From a virus, in the UHGV virus genome UHGV-1370838: a DNA stretch of 38,152 nt; one strand, 5' to 3'. Positions 11,247 to 19,778 of this stretch are shown here, in pieces. The notes beneath the pieces are model-generated. The model worked only from the letters and a program-made list of their open reading frames with translations. It did not search any database and had not been told where the DNA came from. Within the stretch, counting starts at the first letter, position 1. Every line of letters begins with the position of its first letter. The translations under genes and the position numbers were made by a program.

Positions 11247-11582
11247 TTACACGCCCAGTTCTTTACGCTTATCTGCGATCTTCTCGCGGAGCGTTTCGGC
11301 TTTGGCGTTATGGTGTGGCTTCTCGTTAAAGAGCAATTCGTACTCTTCACGGAGCTTATCCAGTTCACCATCATCTGACACATCGTTGATGATTTTGGTG
11401 CTGGTTGCTGCCATAGTCACCTTTCCTACTACCTTTGCTTTTGCCTGTCTGGCTGCATCGTTAACAGGTTCCAGTGCGCTACCAGGCTCACCTTCGTATT
11501 CGATTTCTGCCCCCTCCGGCCACAGTGTGTTATGGATATGAGAGAGGCGCAGAACGCGGTATCTTGGTTTCTCACCTGACAT
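11247..11582 (-). CDS. hypothetical virion protein
   Basis: ORF trimmed to ATG at 11580-11582 with AGGTGA SD. Confidence 0.5.
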   Translation of the reverse strand: MSGEKPRYRVLRLSHIHNTLWPEGAEIEYEGEPGSALEPVNDAARQAKAKVVGKVTMAATSTKIINDVSDDGELDKLREEYELLFNEKPHHNAKAETLREKIADKRKELGV

Positions 11583-11592
11583 CGAAATCACC

Positions 11593-12030
11593 TTAACCAG
11601 TTACTTTTGAGCGGATCGGGTACGGTGTATTGGCATCAACATCCAGACTAATACTCGCAGTGAATTTGCCGGCCGTTAGTGGGCCAGTTGCGACGGAGTA
11701 GTTAACACGCAGATATCGCTGAACACCGGCAGGCACCTTTGCAGAAACAACTCGTTTACCTGCTGTCAGGGTAGCCTTTGCCAGTGCGCCACTATCATAA
11801 ATAGTGGACCATGAGCTGTTATTCTCACTCGTCTGCAACTGGATGTTTACAGTTGCCTCACCACTTGCCGTGGCGGCTTCGTTAACCAGCACCCAAAACT
11901 CAAGCGGGTAACCTACACCGATATCGCGACGGTTTCCGTCAATTGGACCGAGATCGATTACGTCAGTTGAAGCCGCGGTATCAGTTACCGCCTGTGCTTC
12001 GGAGAACATCAACAGTTTGTCGGTGATCAT
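11593..12030 (-). CDS. beta-rich capsid-associated protein (possible decoration protein)
   Basis: 145-aa ORF immediately downstream of the major capsid gene; GGAG SD; Thr/Ser/Val-rich. Confidence 0.5.
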   Translation of the reverse strand: MITDKLLMFSEAQAVTDTAASTDVIDLGPIDGNRRDIGVGYPLEFWVLVNEAATASGEATVNIQLQTSENNSSWSTIYDSGALAKATLTAGKRVVSAKVPAGVQRYLRVNYSVATGPLTAGKFTASISLDVDANTPYPIRSKVTG

Positions 12031-12081
12031 CTTCTTTCTCCATTAGTGTGCCTGTTGCGGCCCACAGGTTAATAACAGGCG

Positions 12082-13068
12082 TTACACCACGCGGGCTTCT
12101 GTTTCCAGAAGCGCATCAGTTTCACGGATTGGTACACCACGGAATGAAGTCCACCACTCGCCTTCAGTCTCTTTTACGCTGATAGCCAGAGATGTTTTCT
12201 CCAGAGATTGCAGATCAAGAGCCTGGCCTACAGTGCGGTTCATGTAGAACACCGGGCGGCCCATGCCACGGTTTGGAATGCGATGCAGTGCTTTAACCAT
12301 CAACTTCGCAATATTTGCGGCAGAGGAAGGTTCTGAAAGATTGCTGACATCGATGTTTGCAATGCGAACAACATAACGCCAGTCACGCAGAGCAAGTCCG
12401 TTGTCCCATTTGTAATGGGTGCGATAGCCTTCGTACTTGCCGCCATTAGCATCTTCCAGTGTCACCTGGCCTTTATCTTCCATCTGGATGCCAGCCTTCT
12501 GCCCTTTCGGGAAGATGCCATGCACGGTGTTTTCGCCCCACACCACTAACCAGATTGAGGTGTTATCTGTACCCGTGCCACCAGCATCAATGATGTTCTG
12601 AGCATTACCCGCAGACAGGCTGGAATAGCGGGAGGACAGTCCCATAAACTGCTGAGGGTTAACGCTGGAATCACCATAAAACAGCGTCTGCGCCATCTGC
12701 TGATTCATCGCTTCAATAAATGCGCGGTCTTCAGACAGGCGGAATTCAGCGGTATTGCCGTTCAGATCAGCCAGTGACTTATCGACTTCAGCATAGGTTT
12801 CCAGCATGCCAACGGAATCGGTTACCTGCACTGTGGTTGATTTGCTTGGCTGTACGCCATAGTTCAGCAAACGCCAGGTAGCTGAAGGTAAACCAGAACG
12901 AATGGTGGTTCGGTGTCCGGTAGGAAGGTTCCCTTCGACAAAAGGCATATCCTGAAGGATCGGGTTAGTTTGACCGAGAAGCTCGATAATCTTATCGACT
13001 TTCCCGTTTGGATCGACGCGCTTACCCCAGTCAGCCAGCGTTAGCGCAGTTAAGCCTTTAACAGCCAT
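12082..13068 (-). CDS. major capsid protein
   Basis: 328-aa ORF after the scaffold gene; strong SD GAGAGG; canonical portal-scaffold-capsid order. Confidence 0.8.
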   Translation of the reverse strand: MAVKGLTALTLADWGKRVDPNGKVDKIIELLGQTNPILQDMPFVEGNLPTGHRTTIRSGLPSATWRLLNYGVQPSKSTTVQVTDSVGMLETYAEVDKSLADLNGNTAEFRLSEDRAFIEAMNQQMAQTLFYGDSSVNPQQFMGLSSRYSSLSAGNAQNIIDAGGTGTDNTSIWLVVWGENTVHGIFPKGQKAGIQMEDKGQVTLEDANGGKYEGYRTHYKWDNGLALRDWRYVVRIANIDVSNLSEPSSAANIAKLMVKALHRIPNRGMGRPVFYMNRTVGQALDLQSLEKTSLAISVKETEGEWWTSFRGVPIRETDALLETEARVV

Positions 13069-13082
13069 TGTTATTTCCTCTC

Positions 13083-13778
13083 TTATTTGCCATAGAGCAC
13101 TTCGGCCGCACTACGCTGGCCTTCATTACCACCGGTGACCATGCCATCCTCAGACATCGCCTTTCCGATTTTCACGAACGTTTTGACCAGATCAGGGTGA
13201 TTACCCAGTCCGGTGGTGTTCAGATATTCTTTGAGCTCAGGTGTCCCGAACTGGTCAAGCGCACGCTGTGCGGCGCTAAGGTTAGAAATCAACTTGTCGC
13301 CACCGATTTCTTTGTCAGCTTTTACATCAGCAGCCCACTGCTCGGTTGTTTTCTGCCAGGCTTCTGCCTGGCGCTGCTGCACACCTGCCAGAATCTTCGG
13401 ATAAGCATCAACCAGCTTTTGCGCTTGCTCGTTGGTCAGGTTTAGTTCTCGCGCCACCGGCTCGAATTCCTTCAACGCTTCTGTATCCAGCTCTACGCCT
13501 TCGGCAGCCTGAAACTCGTACTTCTCAGGCGCACCCTCAGGTTTATCGCCGTCCTTTTTTTCATCCTGCTTATCGTTTTCAGGCTTTTTGTCATCAGCAG
13601 GTTTATCGCCATCAGCAACAGGTTGTGGCTTATCACCTTCCTGTTGTGATGGATCACCAACTGGAGCAGGGTTATCACCTGCAGGCGCTGACGGTTCTGA
13701 CGCAGCCGGAGCTGCTCCACCATCGACTGGTTGCTCATTGCAAAGACGGCGATACAGCAAACGCTCAAATAAATTCAT
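13083..13778 (-). CDS. scaffolding protein
   Basis: Pro/Asp/Glu/Lys-rich low-complexity N-half and helical C-half; ATG at 13776-13778 with AGGAG SD. Confidence 0.7.
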   Translation of the reverse strand: MNLFERLLYRRLCNEQPVDGGAAPAASEPSAPAGDNPAPVGDPSQQEGDKPQPVADGDKPADDKKPENDKQDEKKDGDKPEGAPEKYEFQAAEGVELDTEALKEFEPVARELNLTNEQAQKLVDAYPKILAGVQQRQAEAWQKTTEQWAADVKADKEIGGDKLISNLSAAQRALDQFGTPELKEYLNTTGLGNHPDLVKTFVKIGKAMSEDGMVTGGNEGQRSAAEVLYGK

Positions 13779-13780
13779 GA

Positions 13781-14077
13781 TCACTCCTGTTCACTGGCCT
13801 CTTTGGCCATCTTCAAATACTGTGCAGGGCAATGCGCCATAACGCGCTGAAACAGTTCCAGCGCCAGATTGCGTTGCCCCTCATTAAATGCCATTGCCAT
13901 AGCGTCCATCGGTGAGATAGCGGAAAACACACGGCCTTTCTCCAGCACCGACCAGACAACGCGACGCCCCTGTTCACTGCTCATGACAAAGCGAATGTCA
14001 TCAATTTCACGCTGCGCCATGTCACGTTGCTTACGGGCGTTTTCTTCTTTCAGTTGATCGTCTTCGTAATCTGTCAT
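13781..14077 (-). CDS. small acidic protein between portal and scaffold
   Basis: 98-aa ORF; ATG overlaps portal stop (ATGA); acidic N-terminus. Confidence 0.5.
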   Translation of the reverse strand: MTDYEDDQLKEENARKQRDMAQREIDDIRFVMSSEQGRRVVWSVLEKGRVFSAISPMDAMAMAFNEGQRNLALELFQRVMAHCPAQYLKMAKEASEQE

Positions 14078-15753
14078 TGTGATTGCCCACCCTGACCACT
14101 AACTGCATTCGCCATAGCTGACAAAACACTCGGATCCGAAGTTTTAGCTTCGCTTAGCGTCTTGGCACCCTGTGCCGCCGCCATCCCCATCGCCATCATT
14201 TGTTGCTGCTGTTGTTGCTGTGCCCGTTGCTGGCGAGCCTGCTCAACCTGTTCCTGCGGAACAATGACGGTTGGAGACACTCCGGACATATCAGCGAATG
14301 CATCGATCGCCTGATCAACGTTGAGTTTGTCGAGAGCTTCTGGTTTCGCTTGCGCAAGTTGACCAATGAAGTTAACCGTGGACGCCAGACTGGACAGGCC
14401 GATAGACTTCTGCGCCTGAGCCATGACGGAAATGTATTCGACCTTCAGGGGCATACCTTCCATCGCGTCAGGCGGTGGCGGCAGCATGTTTTTACGCACC
14501 ATCATCGAGAAAGCGCGGTCAATGAGAGGGTTAAGACATTCGTCGTTCAGACGCTCCAGAACCGGCCCCAACATCAGAAGTTTTTCTTCTTTCATTTCGA
14601 TCACCGCTTCAACAGGCATCGAGCGGGTATTGATGTTCTGCAACATCATGAACAGATCGACAAAGTAGGCGCTGTTAATGATTTGACGAGTGTCCTGAAT
14701 GTCTGCTACCAGATCTGCTGTACTGGGGTTAACCAGATAAGCAGGCCTGAAACCATCCTGACCAGTAATCTGATCGATATACGTGATGTCGCCAGGAAGA
14801 AGGGAGGCGCGCTGATTCTTGAGGGAAGTCGGAGCAACCATCGGCGGATTGGTGGCTTTATCAATCAACTGCGACTTGCGCTTCTGGAGAAGCTGCAATG
14901 CCTTAACAGGTCCAAGCGCCAGCATACCCGGGCATGATGATCCATAAACATCTTCGCCATTAACTTCCCAGCGCGGAGCCATAATTGGAAACTCATCAAA
15001 TCCGGACTCACGCAACAACTTGTCGTTATCGCCACCAACCTCGTAATAAACCGATTTGAATGGCTTGTTCTTGCTATCCAGCTTCGATGTATCGCGGTCA
15101 ATGTTCGGGTAAACCGAATGCATCACGTCAATCCACTTCTCGTAGGTGCCGCTTTCCCACATGCTTTTTACGGATTCGCTGACGTTATTTAGCCCGAACT
15201 CCTGAACAAGCTGACGAACAGTCATAGAGAACTTGCGAAAACAGGTGTCCACACTGCCACGAGGTGAGTTAGCCAGGTAGTAACTGCCTATCGGGAATGG
15301 CATTGTGCGAATGATGTCCTCGTCATCCTCCAGCACCGCCATTGCACCAGTGCTGTATGTGCCGAGGCTTCCGTATAACTGCGGAAGAGACTGGTAGAGA
15401 TTCGACTTATTGAACATATCGTTCATGCGGCTCTGCACCGCCTCGAGCCACAACTTAACAGGACCATAATCCATCATTTCAGGATCTGGCGTAGCCAGGC
15501 GAAACCACGGACGCGCAGGGCTTGTGATGCCTGACATCATGCCGCTGGCGAGAGTGCGCGCCGCCATAGTCCCGGTCGAATCAATAATGCGTGTATTGCG
15601 TCGATCGTTACGGTTGACCTCAGAAGTCAGAAAGCGGGAACCACGCGGGTTGATGTAATCACTCAACTCGCGCCAGTGCGGCTCGAACGACTGACGCTCG
15701 CTTTCAAGTTGTGCGAACTGTTTGTTCAATCGCTCTTTAGTTGTTTCCGCCAT
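14074..15753 (-). CDS. portal protein (podovirus head-to-tail connector type)
   Basis: 559-aa ORF; GGAG SD; Gln/Ala/Met-rich C-terminal tail resembling T7 gp8-type portals; follows terminase. Confidence 0.85.
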   Translation of the reverse strand: MAETTKERLNKQFAQLESERQSFEPHWRELSDYINPRGSRFLTSEVNRNDRRNTRIIDSTGTMAARTLASGMMSGITSPARPWFRLATPDPEMMDYGPVKLWLEAVQSRMNDMFNKSNLYQSLPQLYGSLGTYSTGAMAVLEDDEDIIRTMPFPIGSYYLANSPRGSVDTCFRKFSMTVRQLVQEFGLNNVSESVKSMWESGTYEKWIDVMHSVYPNIDRDTSKLDSKNKPFKSVYYEVGGDNDKLLRESGFDEFPIMAPRWEVNGEDVYGSSCPGMLALGPVKALQLLQKRKSQLIDKATNPPMVAPTSLKNQRASLLPGDITYIDQITGQDGFRPAYLVNPSTADLVADIQDTRQIINSAYFVDLFMMLQNINTRSMPVEAVIEMKEEKLLMLGPVLERLNDECLNPLIDRAFSMMVRKNMLPPPPDAMEGMPLKVEYISVMAQAQKSIGLSSLASTVNFIGQLAQAKPEALDKLNVDQAIDAFADMSGVSPTVIVPQEQVEQARQQRAQQQQQQQMMAMGMAAAQGAKTLSEAKTSDPSVLSAMANAVSGQGGQSQ

Positions 15754-15767
15754 TTCAATGACTCCGG

Positions 15768-15974
15768 TTACTGACCAAGCAGCGTTTTACCGCTGGTATT
15801 AGCGGTTGATGTGTCGCCCTGAGAACCGGTAAGCAGCGTAGAACTACGACCAGCAGCAGCGCGACGGCGACGTGTTTCTTCGTCGCGGGCATCAACAACG
15901 GCGGCATCCTGCTCCTGTGGTGCTGCCTGAACTTCTGGTGTTGCAGGCACTGATGGTGAGCTACCCATGCACAT
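15768..15974 (-). CDS. small low-complexity protein upstream of portal
   Basis: 68-aa ORF; its ATG is preceded by the same 12-nt initiation region (CGGAGTCATTGA) as the portal gene. Confidence 0.4.
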   Translation of the reverse strand: MCMGSSPSVPATPEVQAAPQEQDAAVVDARDEETRRRRAAAGRSSTLLTGSQGDTSTANTSGKTLLGQ

Positions 15975-16042
15975 ATCAATGACTCCGTACGCAATTAAAT
16001 TATTACCAATTTAACCACATATGATTTATTTATCGTAGAAGG

Positions 16043-16079
16043 TTGACATTTAACGCGTGAATTATTACCTTTCAGGTAA
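16043..16079 (+). promoter_or_regulatory. -35-like TTGACA (16043-16048) followed by operator palindrome TTACCTTTCAGGTAA (16065-16079)
   Basis: Read directly; palindrome identical to the copy at 37304-37318. Confidence 0.45.
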
Positions 16080-16401
16080 CTAAAGAGCTCATTCTGGTTA
16101 CTAACCTGACTGGCTTGTCGTTAAATTAAACAGGTGGAGTGAGCTTTTATTTTGAGCAGTACGGCGTATGGCACATGCGCCGATAGCGGTCTGGATACGT
16201 TTAAGGGGCACCCTCCCTTGCTCGGGCAAACGAACCAGGTAGCCGGAATGTGCAAGTCGAGCGGTTTTATTCCGCGCACGGGGATTCACCATCCCGGCGA
16301 TTCGGTGTGACGCCTCGGAAGAGACGAGGGTACAACGATGAGAGCATTTATGGAGCCGCGACAAAGTGTGGCGCCTTAACAGGCTAAGTGCTCTCAGCGT
16401 T

Positions 16402-16478
16402 GTGGCATTAGCTCAGTCGGACAGAGCAACCGCCTTCTAAGCGGTTGGTCGCAGGTTCGAATCCTGCATGCCACGCCA
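16402..16478 (+). tRNA. tRNA-Arg (anticodon UCU)
   Basis: Cloverleaf folded by hand: acceptor GTGGCAT/ATGCCAC, D-stem GCTC/GAGC, anticodon stem ACCGC/GCGGT with loop CTTCTAA, T-stem GCAGG/CCTGC with TTCGAAT loop, discriminator G, encoded CCA. Confidence 0.9.
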
Positions 16479-16521
16479 GAATCACGCCTAAGGACCGTGA
16501 TGCCAGAAGTTCCAGGGGCTT

Positions 16522-16564
16522 GGCGGTGATGGTTTCCCTTGAAGGACTATCACCGCCCTTTTTA
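16522..16564 (+). terminator. intrinsic terminator downstream of tRNA
   Basis: GGCGGTGAT / ATCACCGCC stem with structured loop, followed by CTTTTT. Confidence 0.6.
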
Positions 16565-16641
16565 CAGCAGGACGCCATTGCGATGACTTCATGCTGTAAA
16601 CCCGTACAGCCACGGAAGGCATAACTCATTGCTTCCAGTTC

Positions 16642-16665
16642 GCCCGGTTCGCCGGGCATTTTTTT
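16642..16665 (+). terminator. hairpin GCCCGG-TTCG-CCGGGC plus T7 run, 11 nt upstream of next ATG
   Basis: Perfect 6-bp stem with TTCG tetraloop and ATTTTTTT. Confidence 0.65.
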
Positions 16666-16676
16666 AAGGTGAGATT

Positions 16677-17048
16677 ATGAACGACAAGCAAATCGAAAAA
16701 GAAATCGTTGAGAAAGGCAAAACGGCACCGCGCGTTACGCCAGACCATATCGAAGGAATTATTGCTCAGGAGGCATATTTCACAGCAGAAGATGGTGCCT
16801 TTGGCAAAGCCATAAAAGCGAAACATACTGGCGGAGAGGTAAACTACCAGCCGCACGAATCACTTTCTCTGCTGACGTTCTGCGTCCTGGTGCTGCGCAA
16901 CGGCTTCACCGTCACCGGAGAGAGCGCCTGTGCAAGCCCGGAAAACTTTGATGCAGAAATTGGTCGGAAGATTGCCCGGCAGAATGCTGTAAACAAAATC
17001 TGGATGCTCGAAGGTTACTTGCTGAAGCAGAAGCTAAGCGAGCAATAA
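16677..17048 (+). CDS. hypothetical phage protein (possibly gp49/gp66-like family)
   Basis: 123-aa ORF on opposite strand to flanking operon; AAGGTGAG SD; family assignment from memory only. Confidence 0.55.
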   Translation: MNDKQIEKEIVEKGKTAPRVTPDHIEGIIAQEAYFTAEDGAFGKAIKAKHTGGEVNYQPHESLSLLTFCVLVLRNGFTVTGESACASPENFDAEIGRKIARQNAVNKIWMLEGYLLKQKLSEQ

Positions 17049-17052
17049 CACC

Positions 17053-17064
17053 GTGACATGTCAC
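17053..17064. repeat. perfect 12-bp palindrome GTGACATGTCAC (copy 1 of 3)
   Basis: Read directly; 5 bp after stop of 16677-17048. Confidence 0.8.
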
Positions 17065-17068
17065 AAAC

Positions 17069-17097
17069 AGCCAGCCGATGAGCTGGCTTTGTTTTAT
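17069..17097 (+). terminator. intrinsic terminator
   Basis: AGCCAGC / GCTGGCT stem followed by TTTGTTTTAT. Confidence 0.6.
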
Positions 17098-17138
17098 CCT
17101 CATCAGAGGATATCAACGACATTATCCCCACCAGCGGA

Positions 17139-18614
17139 TTAAGCATAGGGATCGTAATCTGTGATGGCCTTGCCTTGCTGGTTCTGCTGCCCGGGAATTC
17201 GCAGACGCTTCGACACAGGGAACGCAAACGTCAGCAGTAGCGCATCGCCTTTACCAGGCGAACGCCCAAGCCGCTCCTTGATATCTTCCTTCGGTTCGAT
17301 AACGATTTTACCGTCCACTCGAACTTTGTACTCTGCCGCCGACAGATCGTCCGCTGTTTCCTGGTCATCCAGCATCCCGCCCAGCCTCAGCCATGTCTTG
17401 CATGAGTTGAACATCTCCCCACGCTTGTTGAGCATCTGCTGGTCAGTAGACGCGCCACCGAACGGAACAAGTTGCCATGTGCGCCCCCAACCGTCACCGA
17501 TTGACTTCAGACCGGTACCGTAACCAAAGTCGATGAACACTGCGTCAGCCTGATACAGGTCTTCAAAGTCAGCGATACGCTTCGCCATAATCAGATCGTC
17601 GGTAGTCTTGTTGCCAGTCCACAGCACCTTACTGTGTAGCCCCTGCCGCAGGTATATCACCGCGTCATCAACGCCTGAATATGCCGGGTCAACACCGATT
17701 ATCACCGGAGCATGCGCCACCTGCGCAGCGGTTACCACCCGTTTCATTGCCTCATCAGTAAGACCGGTAGGGATAAACTGCAATTCAGATGCATCAGGGA
17801 ATATGCCGCGCACACGGATTTTAACGAAGTCGCTGTCTTCCCCGTAGTCATCAACCCATTTCTGCAACTGCTGTTTGTTAGTGCCTTCCACCGTCCGGCT
17901 GTCAATCTGCGCAGTTTTCCAGCGGTGTTTATATTTGCGGAAACATTCACGGAATCGCCCGGTATTACGCGTCGGGTTTCCGAACGCCACCCAGATAATC
18001 TCAGTGTCTTCGTCCGTTAGCGCACCTTCGGCAACTTCCCACACCAGATCCGCAATGTTCGACGCTTCATCGAATACCACGATGATGCGTTTGCGCTCGT
18101 TGTGTAGTCCGGCGAATGCCTCAGTGTTGTGCTCAGACCAGGGGATTGCGTCAGCTCGCCACCGCTTGTCGTGCCCAGGATCATTGCTGTACATCGCGGT
18201 AGCGGTACAGGTAAACCAGTCTTTCGTGATAGCAAGGTTCGACCACTTGATAATTTCCGGCCAGGTCTTCGTTCGTAGCTGGTTGTCGGTGTTGGCGGTC
18301 ACCACGACCTTACAATCCTCGCAAGTGGACATGCCCCAGTTGATCAGCATTGAGATGAATGCGGATTTACCAATACCGTGACCAGAAGCGCGTGCCAGCA
18401 TAAGCGGCTGATAGCGCGTCTCTGGATTCTGCAGGTGATCACGTATCTCTCGGAACGCATCAGCCTGCCACTGACGTGGGCCGGTGGCATGTGCCAGTTC
18501 AGTCCCCTCTTCCCCCCACGGGAACGCATAGAGGGCATAGCCAAGCGGATCGTGAGTGAACCCTGCAATATCCTCGATCAACTGCTCTTCAGGAGATAAC
18601 GCTGTATCTGTCAC
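17139..18614 (-). CDS. terL: terminase large subunit
   Basis: 491-aa ORF with Walker A-like GHGIGKS; GTG start overlapping terS stop. Confidence 0.9.
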   Translation of the reverse strand: MTDTALSPEEQLIEDIAGFTHDPLGYALYAFPWGEEGTELAHATGPRQWQADAFREIRDHLQNPETRYQPLMLARASGHGIGKSAFISMLINWGMSTCEDCKVVVTANTDNQLRTKTWPEIIKWSNLAITKDWFTCTATAMYSNDPGHDKRWRADAIPWSEHNTEAFAGLHNERKRIIVVFDEASNIADLVWEVAEGALTDEDTEIIWVAFGNPTRNTGRFRECFRKYKHRWKTAQIDSRTVEGTNKQQLQKWVDDYGEDSDFVKIRVRGIFPDASELQFIPTGLTDEAMKRVVTAAQVAHAPVIIGVDPAYSGVDDAVIYLRQGLHSKVLWTGNKTTDDLIMAKRIADFEDLYQADAVFIDFGYGTGLKSIGDGWGRTWQLVPFGGASTDQQMLNKRGEMFNSCKTWLRLGGMLDDQETADDLSAAEYKVRVDGKIVIEPKEDIKERLGRSPGKGDALLLTFAFPVSKRLRIPGQQNQQGKAITDYDPYA

Positions 18615-19207
18615 TGATTACCATCCTGACGTTCTTTGAGTCGCTTCCTGGCTGCCGCTATGCGATCAGCAATTGTCACATTCACATTAACATCCAGGCG
18701 TTCTTTGAACGCGTTGACGTCGACGTGCTTACCAATCAGTTCGAGGTTCTTCACCTTGTCAGGCCATTTAATTTTTTTGAGGATTGTCTCTATCGAATCC
18801 TCGTTCATGTTCATGATGGTCGATGACAGATCAAAGCCACTAAGCGTAGTGCGCCAGATTTTCGGCCACTCGCGGATTGGCTTAAGGCTCCCATCGTCGT
18901 TGAGGATGTCGATCACGTCCATCTGGTCGATCTCCACCAGGCGCATGAGAACGTAATCAGCACTGACGCGCATTCGTTTGTTGCGCTCCTCCATCAACTC
19001 GGCAATCCGTTTTTGAATGCGTTCATCGCGCATCATGACACTGGCTTTAACTGCCGCTGTATTTGGGGAGAATCCTGCGTTAATCGCTGCCTGAGTCTGG
19101 TTTTCAGGCGTTTTGATGTATGACTGGCAATAAGCCTCCTGCATTGCTGTTAGTGGCTTAAATTGCGTTGATTTGCGTTTATAGGTTTTAGGTTCAGCAG
19201 GCATCAT
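18611..19207 (-). CDS. terS: terminase small subunit
   Basis: Start moved to the ATG ATG pair at 19202-19207; the longer ORF prefix is low-complexity Thr/Ile/Val translated from DNA repeats. Confidence 0.7.
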   Translation of the reverse strand: MMPAEPKTYKRKSTQFKPLTAMQEAYCQSYIKTPENQTQAAINAGFSPNTAAVKASVMMRDERIQKRIAELMEERNKRMRVSADYVLMRLVEIDQMDVIDILNDDGSLKPIREWPKIWRTTLSGFDLSSTIMNMNEDSIETILKKIKWPDKVKNLELIGKHVDVNAFKERLDVNVNVTIADRIAAARKRLKERQDGNQ

Positions 19208-19214
19208 AACCACC

Positions 19215-19246
19215 GTGGTAATAGTTACCGTTGTGGTAATAGTACC
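19215..19246. repeat. tandem GTGGTAATAGT(T)ACC repeats in terS leader
   Basis: Two copies at 19215-19229 and 19233-19246; GGTAA and TTACC half-sites in everted orientation. Confidence 0.5.
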
Positions 19247-19316
19247 ATGCAAAATAAAGCCGCCATAGTTGGCGGCAGTATTCAAAACCATCAAATTCAT
19301 CATGCATAATCTACTC

Positions 19317-19328
19317 GTGACATGTCAC
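19317..19328. repeat. perfect 12-bp palindrome GTGACATGTCAC (copy 2 of 3)
   Basis: Overlaps stop codon of 19325-19672, 14 bp upstream of the longest terS ORF. Confidence 0.8.
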
Positions 19329-19672
19329 ACTATTAATTTCGTTTCATGCCAGCCTTTAGTCACCCAGCATTGTGAGTCACCATTACACGGACATGAATTA
19401 ACTGGAACTCTCTCGCCGCACTTACCGCAAAGTTTTCTGCTGATCGATTTTATACGCCCGCGCACACGTGCATCATCCTGGCGGATCAGCAGCGCGATGT
19501 ACTCGGCCATTTCATAGGGATCGCGACCAGGGCGCCGGGCGGCGCAGTTCCGCGCCAGCATTTCCTGCTCCTGCTTATCCAGCACCAGTTCAATTTTGCG
19601 CTCACCGGCGGCGGACTGCCGAGCGCGCTGCGCGGCTTTGCGTTCTGCGGGGGATTTAGCCACGAATCGCAC
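19325..19672 (-). CDS. putative DNA-binding regulator (ribbon-helix-helix-like N-terminus, Cys-rich C-terminus)
   Basis: 115-aa ORF, GTG start; strand-helix-helix pattern KIELVLD...EMLARNCAARR...PYEMAEYIALL and CGKCG...CPC motif; immediately upstream of terminase genes. Confidence 0.45.
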   Translation of the reverse strand: MRFVAKSPAERKAAQRARQSAAGERKIELVLDKQEQEMLARNCAARRPGRDPYEMAEYIALLIRQDDARVRGRIKSISRKLCGKCGERVPVNSCPCNGDSQCWVTKGWHETKLIV

Positions 19673-19778
19673 TCCACGCCAGATTGATTAATGACTCCCA
19701 GGCAATATAAACCCGGATACCAGCAGCCAGGCCGAAACCAATCACCATGGCATAAAGCAGAGCGTTGCACTTGTTCAT
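19656..19778 (-). CDS. 40-aa single-pass membrane peptide
   Basis: ATG at 19776-19778 preceded by AGGAGGTGAAGTA; TAATG overlap with upstream stop; hydrophobic core. Confidence 0.45.
   Translation of the reverse strand: MNKCNALLYAMVIGFGLAAGIRVYIAWESLINLAWSAIRG

Noticed and set aside
16101-16364. 87-aa minus-strand ORF in the tRNA leader region
   Set aside because: No RBS, Arg/Ser/His-rich composition, and it sits in a region better explained as a noncoding plus-strand leader or structured RNA.
16080-16400. Possible second tRNA upstream of tRNA-Arg
   Set aside because: No T-loop GGTTCGAATCC-like element or consistent cloverleaf could be folded by hand; only the single tRNA at 16402-16478 is supported.
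19208-19303. N-terminal 32-residue extension of the small terminase ORF
   Set aside because: The sequence (ITTTVTITTVV) is low-complexity and arises from translating the GTGGTAATAGTTACC DNA repeats; an ATG ATG pair with upstream GGTGG at 19202-19207 is the better start.
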